From Octopus sinensis (lineage: Eukaryota), in contig NC_042997.1 of the NCBI RefSeq assembly GCF_006345805.1, positions 63,612,001 to 63,676,000 on the forward strand: a stretch of DNA of 64,000 nucleotides, given 5' to 3'. Shown one piece after another: positions 1 through 10,769 of this stretch (its first letter is position 1; each line of letters begins with the position of its first letter). A program made the translations under genes and the position numbers. The notes beneath the pieces are model-generated. The model saw only the letters and a list, made by a program, of their open reading frames with translations. It had not been told where the DNA came from and searched no databases.

Positions 1-842
1 TAAATAACGTATATTGTCTTACATTCAAAGTAGCTTCAATTCTGTTTAAGTAGAAACCCGAAACAACTCTCGTGGTATATTAGCAATATTTATTGTGAGC
101 TTTGTTAATGGAAACATGTCTCTGTAATTTAGTTATTGCTATCTGTGATGTCATTCCATTATCTATTGCATAGACTGTTGCTTTTGATGTTTTATTATTG
201 CTGTGCTGATTGTAATTCTTACTATTACCGCTGTCGAGTCTTCTTCATGTTGTTTTTAGTGCCCCTAGTGGTCCTTTCTGCTGCCATTGCTGTCATTGTT
301 ACGCATAATAAAACAAAACAAGAGAAAACTTTTGCGTTGTTACTACAGTGGAACATTTTACATACATATTTTTATTAATCTGTTGATGTTTATAGTCCAG
401 CTGTTCGAGATCCCGTCATTGATCTTTTATCGTTTGTTGCTGACGCGACGACGTTGGATTTTGCTATTAATGCCGTCACTAGTGCTGCTACTGGTGTTCA
501 AAGTACTTTTATGATATGGTTGTTTTTTTATGTTTTCATTGGTATTTCTTGCAGTAAATCTGATTGGAAATAACGGAAAAAATTTATGCATTTGCTCATT
601 TCATTTACTTTTATGGCCGATAATATTGTTATTTTTTTACACTGGTGCTGTATTTCTTTCACAGGATGGTAAAATACTCCATTCATTTCAAGTATTGGTT
701 TCTCTTAATGAAACTTGTGCTGCATTTTGTATGGAAAATGTGCTGTAAATCACCCATTAATTAAATAGAATTTGTACATTAATATTGCAACTTGAGACGC
801 CTTTAACGCTATATTGCGTTCTTATGAGTGTATATATATATA

Positions 843-887
<45 letters not shown>

Positions 888-932
888 TGATCAAAATAAA
901 AATAAAAATAAAAACATGAGGCGAAGGATTCA

Positions 933-1010
933 GCGGTACATATGTTTCGGGCCTTTATTAGACAGATTCATAACAAATCATAATGTATGTCTGTGGCCTT
1001 CTTCAGCCGC
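933..1010 (-). ncRNA. Mirror copy of the hammerhead in the left palindrome arm
   Basis: Reverse complement of 2846-2923 (GCGGTACATATGTTTCGGGCC...GGCCTTCTTCAGCCGC on + strand). Confidence 0.8.
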
Positions 1011-2845
1011 GCACAACAGCTTCCACAAGGACATGTGTTACTTCCGAAATTCTTGGTTGGGGATGCAAATCTTCTCGTTCCCGTACGACATAATGCGGCA
1101 GCAGCATCGAATTGAATCGTCCATCTCTTTCTTCTCTCAATGTAGAATGAGGAAACTTGGATGTTGAGGTAATGTAAATAAATAAATACGTATATAGAGG
1201 TGAAGATGGAGGGGCGAGAGTTCGGGACGAGGGATAAAAAATATAAAATAATATAAAATAATATAAAAATGTAGAGGATAAAGATATAAAGAGTTGTAAG
1301 GAGATGTAAAGGGGGTATAAAGAAATATAAAGAAATATAAATAAATGAAAAGGCATAATGTTGTAAAGTAAAAATAGAAATGGAAATAATAGTAAAAGAA
1401 GTAAAAGAACCTGATAAAAACATGATAAAAGTGTAAAAGAATGTAAAGATAAGGGATGTATAGAGGTCGCGGACCCAGCATGGTGGTCAGGAGATTGATA
1501 AAACTTAGTTGTAGAACTGTCAGTAAATTAACGGTTTCGTCGTAAATCAGAGCTGATGAGAGTTTAATCTGGTTCCTTGAATTAAATGGACTTCCAGTAC
1601 ATACATATCATCATGGGTACATACACCCACATACACGCGTACATATACGTCTCCAAGTCTATAAGCAAACACACGCACTCGCGTGTAAACACGTACATAA
1701 ACACGCACGCACCCACACGCACGCGCGCACACACACATACATACAACAGAATATCCGCATATATAGACGGACATTACGCGCGTACACGCTCACATGAATA
1801 TACGCGCGCCCCTCACTACATACGTACACGTATATGCCCACGTCTCTAGGTCTAGGTATAAGATATTAAAGGATGTGTATAAGAACGTATGTAAAGAATC
1901 CCGTACTCATGTTAATACGCGCATGCACACACGGCTGTGTGTGCGTGCGCGTATTAACATGAGTACGGGATTCTTATACACATCCTTTAATATCTTATAC
2001 CTAGACCTAGAGACGTGGGCATATACGTGTACGTATGTAGTGAGGGGCGCGCGTATATACATGTGAGCGTGTACGCGCGTAATGTCCGTCTATATATGCG
2101 GATATTCTGTTGTATGTATGTGTGTGTGCGCGCGTGCGTGTGGGTGCGTGCGTGTTTATGTACGTGTTTACACGCGAGTGCGTGTGTTTGCTTATAGACT
2201 TGGAGACGTATATGTACGCGTGTATGTGGGTGTATGTACCCATGATGATATGTATGTACTGGAAGTCCATTTAATTCAAGGAACCAGATTAAACTCTCAT
2301 CAGCTCTGATTTACGACGAAACCGTTAATTTACTGACAGTTCTACAACTAAGTTTTATCAATCTCCTGACCACCATGCTGGGTCCGCGACCTCTATACAT
2401 CCCTTATCTTTACATTCTTTTACACTTTTATCATGTTTTTATCAGGTTCTTTTACTTCTTTTACTATTATTTCCATTTCTATTTTTACTTTACAACATTA
2501 TGCCTTTTCATTTATTTATATTTCTTTATATTTCTTTATACCCCCTTTACATCTCCTTACAACTCTTTATATCTTTATCCTCTACATTTTTATATTATTT
2601 TATATTATTTTATATTTTTTATCCCTCGTCCCGAACTCTCGCCCCTCCATCTTCACCTCTATATACGTATTTATTTATTTACATTACCTCAACATCCAAG
2701 TTTCCTCATTCTACATTGAGAGAAGAAAGAGATGGACGATTCAATTCGATGCTGCTGCCGCATTATGTCGTACGGGAACGAGAAGATTTGCATCCCCAAC
2801 CAAGAATTTCGGAAGTAACACATGTCCTTGTGGAAGCTGTTGTGC

Positions 2846-2923
2846 GCGGCTGAAGAAGGCCACAGACATACATTATGATTTGTTATGAATCTGTCTAATA
2901 AAGGCCCGAAACATATGTACCGC
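2846..2923 (+). ncRNA. Type I hammerhead ribozyme (core intact)
   Basis: Stem I GCGG(2846-49)/CCGC(2920-23); core CTGAAGA (2850-56); stem II GGCC(2858-61)/GGCC(2903-06) with a ~41-nt extension; GAAAC (2908-12); ATAT loop; GTA cleavage triplet (2917-19). Confidence 0.8.
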
Positions 2924-3051
2924 TGAATCCTTCGCCTCATGTTTTTATTTTTATTTTTATTTTGATCAATTTACTCCACCACCTACACCACCAAACGGTA
3001 TACACAGGTGCTTATAATTATCAAGTACTCACCCCGAATTTCTATATATAT

Positions 3052-3084
<33 letters not shown>

Positions 3085-3091
3085 GTATATT

Positions 3092-3145
<54 letters not shown>

Positions 3146-3292
3146 GTTCTTCTGTGTGTATGTGCTTGAGTATCTTTGTGTGCATAAAGGAGCATATATG
3201 CGTGAGAACATACGCGCGCAAACACTCACACACAAACCCAGTTGTGCGTATGTATGTAACACTCTATCTAGCTCTCCCTTTATATGTGTGCG

Positions 3293-3321
<29 letters not shown>

Positions 3322-3324
<3 letters not shown>

Positions 3325-6124
3325 AGATGACCTGACACCCCAATCTTAATGACATACTCAAATTCGGTATGTGACACTTTAATTGTATACATAAGACAAC
3401 ATAATAGTCATATGCACTACATATTGCCCACCGGATGCCCCAAATCACACAGGCAAGTTTGAAGATTGCCTCACAAGAATTAAAGAAATCCTCATGAATC
3501 TGGAACACCACGTGCCCATATTTCTTATGGGTGATTTCAACTTCCCCAACGTCAAATGGTCCGAAGGTCACATACTCTCAGGAATGAATCATTGCAAGCA
3601 AGTACAGGTGGAGTCCCTGCTCAACGTCACCAATGCCTTATTCATGGAGCAAGTTGTACTTAAGCCAAATTAGGGCGAATAACATTCTGGATCTCTGCTT
3701 CACAAACAATATGGACATCATTCATGATGTGAAAGTGACACCGACATCAGTTTCGGATCACAACATAATAGAGCTGTCTATGTTTGGGCCAAAAGTAACC
3801 AGAGACATACAGCCTAAAGGAAGCACCCGACATCTCTCCAATCTGAACTTCCACAAAGCAGATTGGAAATCGATCCAAAAAGAGATCCTCAGAGAGGACT
3901 GGCCGGAATGTTTCTCCAGACCAGACGTTGACATGAAACTAGAATATTTCATGTCTTCTGTGCACGACGTATGCCAGAAATATGTCCCAGAGCACAAGGC
4001 CAAAACAAATAGGAGCAAGATTCCATGAGACAGGAAGATCCTCATGAGACGACGGACGAAGGTTGCAAATCGTCTCAAGCAACATCCCAAAAGTAGCGAA
4101 ACGTCCCGCCTAAAAACAACACTGATGGAGATCGAAAAAAGGCTGCAACAATCCTATGTGAAGGAGAAAGCAGACAAAGAAGCCTGGGTTATAAAAACAT
4201 TAATTCAAACCCAAAGGCCTTCATTCATTACGCGAAAGAAACAGTCTCAGTGCACTAGAAAATAGGACCCCTCCTCCAAAAGGATGGCTCCCTCACTGAC
4301 AGTCCAACTAAGATCAGTGAGATGCTGAATGACCAGTTCAAAAGTGTATTTACCACCCCGTTGGAACACAGACAAGTGAACGAACCAGTGGACTTCTTTG
4401 CCGCCTCACCTATAACCAGCGAGGCGGTTACAATAGAAAGAATTGACATTAGCGAAAAAGATGTCCTGCTAGCCATAGATGAAATGGACACAAACTCAGC
4501 TGCTAGTCCAGATGGTTTCCCAGCCATCCTCCTTAAAGCGTGTAAGCATGCCCTGGCAAAACACCTCAAGATTCTCTTCCAGAGCTTTCTTGCGAATGGC
4601 AAACTGCCAAGCAAGCTGAAGGAGGGAATAATATGCCCAATACATAAAGGGGGAAGTAGAGCATATGCCAAAATATATAGGCATATCTCTCTGACTTCAA
4701 ACATCAGCAAAGTCATGGAGAGGATAGTCAGAAAGAAACTAATCGCATTCCTTGAGGAAACTAACTTGCTGAGTGATACCCAGCATGGTTTTCGACCAGG
4801 TAGGGGCTGCCTGACCCAGCTCTTACAGCATTATGACTGGGTGTTGAGGCAGTTACTCAACAAATCAAATGTGGATGTAATCTACCTTGATTTTGCAAAA
4901 GCTTTTGACAAGGTGGATTATGGTATGATATTCCACATACTGCGTGACCTCGGCATAACTGGAAAACTTGGAATGTGGTTGCACGACTTCCTGAAAGATA
5001 GGAGTCAGGCAGTAGTGGTTAATGGAGCCACTTCTATGAACACACAAACAGTGAGCGGTGTTCCACAGGGCACTGTCTTGGGACCATTGCTTTTTATAGT
5101 GGCCCTCTCAGATATGCCCTCAAATGCCCGGATAGCCACTCTGGCCAGCTGTGCAGACGATCCGAAAGTCTCGCAGAAAATACAGAACCCCAGCGATGTT
5201 GCACACCTGCAGCAGGCGTTGGACTCAGTCTACAGATGGGCTGAGGATAATAATATGCAGTTTAATGCTGAAAAACTCCAGACCCTGCGCTACCAGCATC
5301 CAAAACTGAATATTAAACTTACAGTATACACCGGTCCACAGGGAATTTCAATCCCAGAGCCTAAGTCTGTGAGGGACCTGGGTATCGACATGAGTGAAGA
5401 TACCTCTTTCTAAGTGCACATTACCAGGATGGCGACAAGGTGCAGACGACTGGCTGGGTGGATCCTAAGAACATTCAGAACCAGAGATAAGGAAACCATA
5501 ATGGTCCTCTGGCAGACATTCGTCCTCAGCCGTCTGGATTCCTGCTCACAGGTATGGTCACCCACCAGTGTAAAATTAACAGCGGACCTTGAAGCAATCC
5601 AGAGAAGTTTCACAAAGAAGATCGTCTCTTTGCAACAGCTCAGCTACTGGGAAAGGTTGAAACAGCTAAGACTCTACTCCCTGGAGAGATGACTGGAGAG
5701 GTATGCAGTGATATATGTCTGGAAGATCCTGGAATGAATTGTGCCAAATTTTGGCATTGTAAGCTACACCAATGCTAGAACGGGACGACACTTCATAGTG
5801 CCAAAGATCCCAGCAATGCCATCACGCTTCAGGACCAGCTTCTGCAACAGCCTGGGTTTCAAGGGCCCATAGCTTTTTAATATTCTCCCAAAGAGTCTGA
5901 GGAACTTGCACAAAGTAGATGTAGCGGTTTTTAAATCAAAGCTGGACATCTTCCTGTCAAGAGTCCCAGATGAACCTACCTCACGGCAAGACGTGCAAAT
6001 GAGAGTAGCTATATCAAACTCCTTTCTTCATCAAGTGCCACATATTAGACGAGGTTTGTCGTAATAACAGTGTAGCACAAAACGGCGGTGCATCAGCATG
6101 GCCGCAGCTCTGACCTGAAACTAG

Positions 6125-6140
<16 letters not shown>
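3322..6140 (+). mobile_element. 5'-truncated, degenerate CR1/L2-group LINE ORF2 (APE endonuclease end + RT) with 3' tail and poly(A)
   Basis: APE motifs GDFNFP, NILDLCFTN, SDHN. RT motifs QHGFRPGRGCLTQL, YLDFAKAFDKV, SGVPQGTVLGPLLF, CADDPKV. C-terminal KLDIFLSRVPDEP. Several stops/frameshifts. 16-A tail at 6125-6140. Confidence 0.9.
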
Positions 6141-6183
<43 letters not shown>

Positions 6184-6431
6184 ATATTATTATTTTTTTT
6201 TTTTTTCTAGTTTCAGGTCAGAGCTGCGGCCATGCTGATGCACCGCCGTTTTGTGCTACACTGTTATTACGACAAACCTCGTCTAATATGTGGCACTTGA
6301 TGAAGAAAGGAGTTTGATATAGCTACTCTCATTTGCACGTCTTGCCGTGAGGTAGGTTCATCTGGGACTCTTGACAGGAAGATGTCCAGCTTTGATTTAA
6401 AAACCGCTACATCTACTTTGTGCAAGTTCCT
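5900..6431. repeat. Inverted duplication of the LINE 3' end centred on an AT microsatellite
   Basis: 6193-6431 is the reverse complement of ~5900-6138 (coordinate sum 12331), including poly(A)/poly(T); spacer 6141-6192 is (TA)n-like. Confidence 0.95.
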
Positions 6432-8439
6432 AAGAGAAGACAAAACAATAACAATTAAGGAGGCAGATAAGGGCAACGCGATAGTAATAATGAATACAAA
6501 CAATTATAAAAAATTAGTGCTATCCCTATTAAGAGATGAAACGTATTATGAAAGGGCCCAACAGTATAACCAGCAAAAAATAATGCATAACCTTAGGACA
6601 TTAATCAACACATACCAAGAAGGACTCACGAACAAGGAGTATGAATACATCACTAACTTCAAATGCAAATCGAGTTTGTTCTATGGTATCCCTAAGGTAC
6701 ACAAAAGCCAAACCATTAGAGAAACGTGCAAAACATCCACCGACACACTCATCAAAATCCCTTCACCAAATGATCTTAAACTAAGACCGATAATAGCAGG
6801 GCCAGCATGTGAAACTCACCGCCTCAGCAATTTCTTAGACACACTTCTTAAACCTTTCCTAAAACACATCAAAAGCTACGTAAGAGACGATATAGATATG
6901 CTCAACCACCTCCCTAAAACAGTCAATGAGAAAACCCTTCTAGTATCATTCGACGTAGTTAATCTTTATTCCAACATCCCTCACAACCTAGGAATAGAAG
7001 CAATCACCTTCTGGCTGAATAACTACCCCTTTGAACTCCCAACTCGCATAAACAAAGACCTTATAATAGAAGGACTTAGATTCATTTTAGAGAACAATTA
7101 TTTTATTTTTGACAATGATTTCTACAGGCAAAGATCGGGAACAGCGATGGGCACGCGTACTGCACCATCTTTTGCCAACCTAGTGATGGGATACCTCGAG
7201 AAAATACTATACCGGATGACACTCGAGAAATATGGAAACACCTTCGCCACCTATATCCATAACAACTGGAAAAGATACCTCGATGACTGTTTCATCATCT
7301 GGGACAATGGCATAGAGAAACTTGAGGAATTTAAAATTCTATTAAATGGAATAAATGACAATATACAATTCACGATGGACCACAACGAAAAAGAATTACC
7401 ATTTTTAGACATCCTCATTAAGAAAACCGGCAACAAAATAGAGACAGATATCTACTATAAACCGACAGACTCTAAACAGTACCTACCCTTTGATTCATGC
7501 CACCCACGACACACTAGAATGAATGTCCCTTTTTGTTTAGCTAGAAGGATTTGCACCATAATATCAGACACAAACACCCGACACACACGTCTCCAGGAAC
7601 TTAGAACCACACTCACAAATAGAAACTATCCACAGCCCCTAATAGACAGTGCAATCCAACGGGTACTTAAATTAAGTATAGAAGACCTGAGACAAACAAA
7701 ACCAAAAAAGAAAGAACAATTAAAAACCCTTCCCTACATCTCTACGCACAACCCACTCAACAATGAGGCCTTCAACACCATACTACAAAGCACAGCCCTA
7801 CTAAAGGGAGACCCAAAGATGAACCGGATCCTCGAAACACACACCATCATTAAAAGTAAACGGCAACCAAAATCCTTGAAAAGGATTTTAACCCAAGCTA
7901 CACTGCACTCAACATCAACCACAAAACCAGCAGTTAGAAAATGTGGAAGGCCCAACTGCGGAATCTGTGTCATCTTGAAAGAAGGATCAGAATTTATACT
8001 GGAACAAGGCCACCAGTTCACCATTAGAACAAACTTCACCTGCGCATCAGAAAACTTAATTTACGTCATAACATGCGCAGGCTGCAATAGGCAGTATATA
8101 GGCCATACAAAAAATAGCTTACGTAACAGGATGGCGGTGCATAAATCACAAATTAGAAACCCTGATTACCGCAAAATACCGGTCAGCGGACACATAGATA
8201 GATGTGCTGGAAATGTAAATCCGAAATTTACAACTAACCCGCTCTATAAATTCAGTGACAACGCAACCTTCACACAACGCCAAAATAAAGAAGTATATTT
8301 CATAAAAAAATTTAGACCAAGTTTAAACACCCGGGCCAGGAATACTAAAACAAAAGGTAAGTCCTCCGAAAAGGAGAACCAAATTTCACCACGGCCGCTA
8401 CTTCAAACAGACACTCACTCTGACGGAAATATGCCTTAG
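6432..8439 (+). CDS. Uninterrupted PLE RT-GIY-YIG reading frame, N-terminally truncated
   Basis: ADKGNAIVIM, FYGIPKVHK, LRPII, FDVVNLYSNIP, GTAMGTRTAPSFANL, RYLDDCF, LPFLDI, CGRPNCGIC linker, IYVITCAGCNRQYIGHT. The first ~17 codons of ORF 6382..8439 come from antisense LINE DNA. Confidence 0.88.
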
Positions 8440-8516
8440 TAAAAAAGGGAAAAAAATTCTTTCGTGCAAATCTGACCCTGATACATACGATACAGCTATG
8501 GGTCAGACCCGATTCT

Positions 8517-8964
8517 GATTGGTCAACAAGTTGATGACGTCTAGCTCTGCTAGAATGGACAGGATACAAACAGGGGACAGTCATTAGTCAGAATATTGAT
8601 GACGTCCTTTTCTGCTTGAATAGTCACCTAACAAGTACAGACAGGGGGCAGATCTAATGTAGCTATAAGTCGTGATTGGGCAGAATCTGGATGACGTCCC
8701 GCTATGCTTGACTAACGAAGCGACTGGTCAAGACAGGAAACAAACAAGAGGGAATTATAATGCAGCGATTGGTCAAAATAATGATGACGTCCCGTTCCAC
8801 TTGGTTAAAGCCACCTAACGAAACGATTGGTCAAAACATTGATGACGTCACGCTACGCTAGATTGACCACCTAACAGGCATTATAAAACCGAGCATTTCA
8901 CAAAAACTCACTAGAACCACCCAGCGAACTTCCACCATGGGTCATCACAATTGCTTAAGGTAAA
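8517..8964 (+). promoter_or_regulatory. Putative Pol II promoter in the PLE terminal repeat: 5x (ATTGG..GATGACGTC), TATA, Inr, Kozak ATG, 5' splice site
   Basis: Modules at 8517-41, 8582-8606 (ATTAG variant), 8674-98, 8767-91, 8825-50. TATAAAA 8882-88; TCACT 8908-12; CCACCATGG 8932-40; AAG|GTAAAA at 8960. Confidence 0.65.
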
Positions 8965-9219
8965 AATGAATTCCTCGCTCTTTCGGAAACATCAATCTTC
9001 TGTATTGACCGCTTTCCACCACTTTGATCTGTTTTTTGTATTGAATACGTATCGCCAACGTGGGCCACTGCATCGAACACTTTGAACATATACTTCAAAC
9101 TATATATCAACTATACATGAACTATATATCAACTATACATGAACTCTAAGATGTCTGACTCCGTTGTGTATTATAAATGAATTTCTTGTGTTTGACGGCA
9201 TGAGCTGTCTCTTTTTATA

Positions 9220-9266
9220 TATAACTTTTTTGATAAGGTTCATTTCAGGAACTGAAACATGTTATA
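9220..9266 (+). ncRNA. Degenerate type I hammerhead motif
   Basis: TATAAC..TTGATAA GGTTC-ATTTCAG-GAACT GAAAC AT GTT ATA. Stem II GTTC/GAAC; palindromic AACATGTT; core has substitutions. Confidence 0.5.
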
Positions 9267-9325
9267 ATGTATATATAAAAATTAAAAATTGTATAATACA
9301 GCAGCATTTTCGAACTTCATTTTTT

Positions 9326-9373
<48 letters not shown>

Positions 9374-9849
9374 TATATATATTATATATATATATATATA
9401 TAATATATGTATATATATTTATACATATAATGTTAGATATAAGTTAGAAAGCTTGACACCACAAGCAAAACAATCTATCATTATCTTTGCAGGATCATAA
9501 TGGTGATGAAAACAGAGAAAGGCACTATCATGCTTTTTTCTTTTAGCGACGATTATTATGTCCCAAGGAAGGACTGTTTTTAGTGATTTAATATGCTTGG
9601 AAATGGCATGCTACCGATTCCTTTCACTTAAAATAACGTGCTTGGAACGATTACGGTTTCTAGAAATTATGCATGGGGGAGATCTAGACATATTAGAGTC
9701 GTTATATTCGGATATGTAATTACAATATTTGCTTTGTACTTACAAAGCGGAACTTACAATCTGCTCTGCTATCTTTTACTGCACAAAATAAATGCAATGA
9801 CAAATATGGTGTGAAAGTATCGGATTATTACTCTTATCGTTCTTAAACG

Positions 9850-10130
9850 GGGCTCCCAACCACTTGGCTCCGGAGCCGATACCACCGTGTAGCACCCAGG
9901 GAAAGTATTTTCTGATATATTCTTTGGGCGTCCAAATCCATGTGATTGGATTTGGTGAACGGAAATTGAATGAAACCGGCGTATATATATATGAGACCAA
10001 AAAGAGAACAATAGAATAAAAATACCAGGTGAAATAAAGATAAGTATTGAGGTTGTTTCATTCGAAAAAAATTCCTCAAGGTGATGTACCAGCATAGCCG
10101 CAGTCTAACGACTGAAGCAAGGAAAGGATA
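9850..10130 (+). mobile_element. Diverged tRNA-derived octopus SINE (OK-like family)
   Basis: GGATTTGGTGAACGGAAATTGAATGAAACC body and CCAGCATAGCCGCAGTCTAACGACTGAAGCAAG tail match other copies in the window. Confidence 0.65.
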
Positions 10131-10769
10131 TGCTGTAAAAAAGAAGCGATGAACACTTGCTCTAATCAGTCTTTTTGCATACGAGATATAAGAACAATAT
10201 ACAATGGGGTACAGATAGTTCCTGGCTTTGAGGGTGTCACAAAAGACCTGGTCTGAGGCCCAACCTTCCGTGTTCCTTTACAGGGCTTAGAAAATATAAA
10301 GGACTGTTGCAATATGTGAGAGGGGAATATGTCTGAGAGGGGAATATGTTGAATAAAATTTTTATTCACAGATCTCCTGTATTTTCTTTCATCCCAAGCC
10401 AGGAACTTTTCAGCACTCACTCGTAAATCTTGTCATGTTTTTTCATTACTAATAATATACATATATATTTTAATACCATTCCAAAGATATAACATACGTA
10501 ACAAAGGAATTTTAATGATCGAGACAGGTCTGTGGCATGACGATCCGATTATAAAATGAAGTTACAAAAAATGCCTATTGATGCTTCAGTGTTTAAAGGT
10601 AGATTTATTTGAAGCTACTCTGCTTAAAGATATAAAGCTCACATATGAACAGTTTTAAGTATTCTGCAAAAAGCATCAACTTTTGTTCCAGTATAATATC
10701 CAGTAGTTTCACAGTTTTTACTAAAAAAGAAGTGTTACTTTTATATATACATTATTGCAACATATAGAT

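Larger units (their letters stand above)
883..2973. repeat. 2.09-kb near-perfect palindrome (head-to-head inverted repeat), probably non-autonomous and derived from a Penelope-like terminal repeat
   Basis: Mirror ORF pairs have a constant coordinate sum of 3856 (916..1167/2689..2940; 968..1423/2433..2888; 1137..1481/2375..2719). Symmetry starts at TAAATTGA (883-890) / TCAATTTA (2966-2973). Arm differences seen: one substitution near 1797, a 13-bp indel near 1886-1898, one mismatch by the GGCT loop (1933-1936). Flanked by (TA)n tracts. Confidence 0.95.
6432..9290 (+). mobile_element. 5'-truncated Penelope-like retroelement (RT + C-terminal GIY-YIG) with 3' terminal repeat
   Basis: Coding motifs listed in the next feature, followed by ~850 bp of non-coding DNA with promoter modules and a hammerhead-like motif, ending in (TA)n. 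Confidence 0.92.

Noticed and set aside
1530-1600. CTGATGAG at ~1555 (and CTGA..GAAAC on the mirror strand at ~2303-2325) as another hammerhead or a C/D box
   Set aside because: No stem II + GAAA in correct order on the same strand; no convincing D box or terminal stem.
1100-1600. Palindrome as a NUMT or viral hairpin telomere
   Set aside because: No mitochondrial gene, tRNA or viral Rep/capsid motif; hammerhead and (TA)n flanks fit a PLE origin better.
916-2940. Many 60-150 aa ORFs on both strands of the palindrome
   Set aside because: Low-complexity F/Y/I/L or T/H/R translations, duplicated only because of the inverted repeat; no recognisable domain.
10166-10420. 84-aa minus-strand ORF with faint resemblance to a PLE linker
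   Set aside because: No diagnostic Cys or GIY motif; too weak to call.
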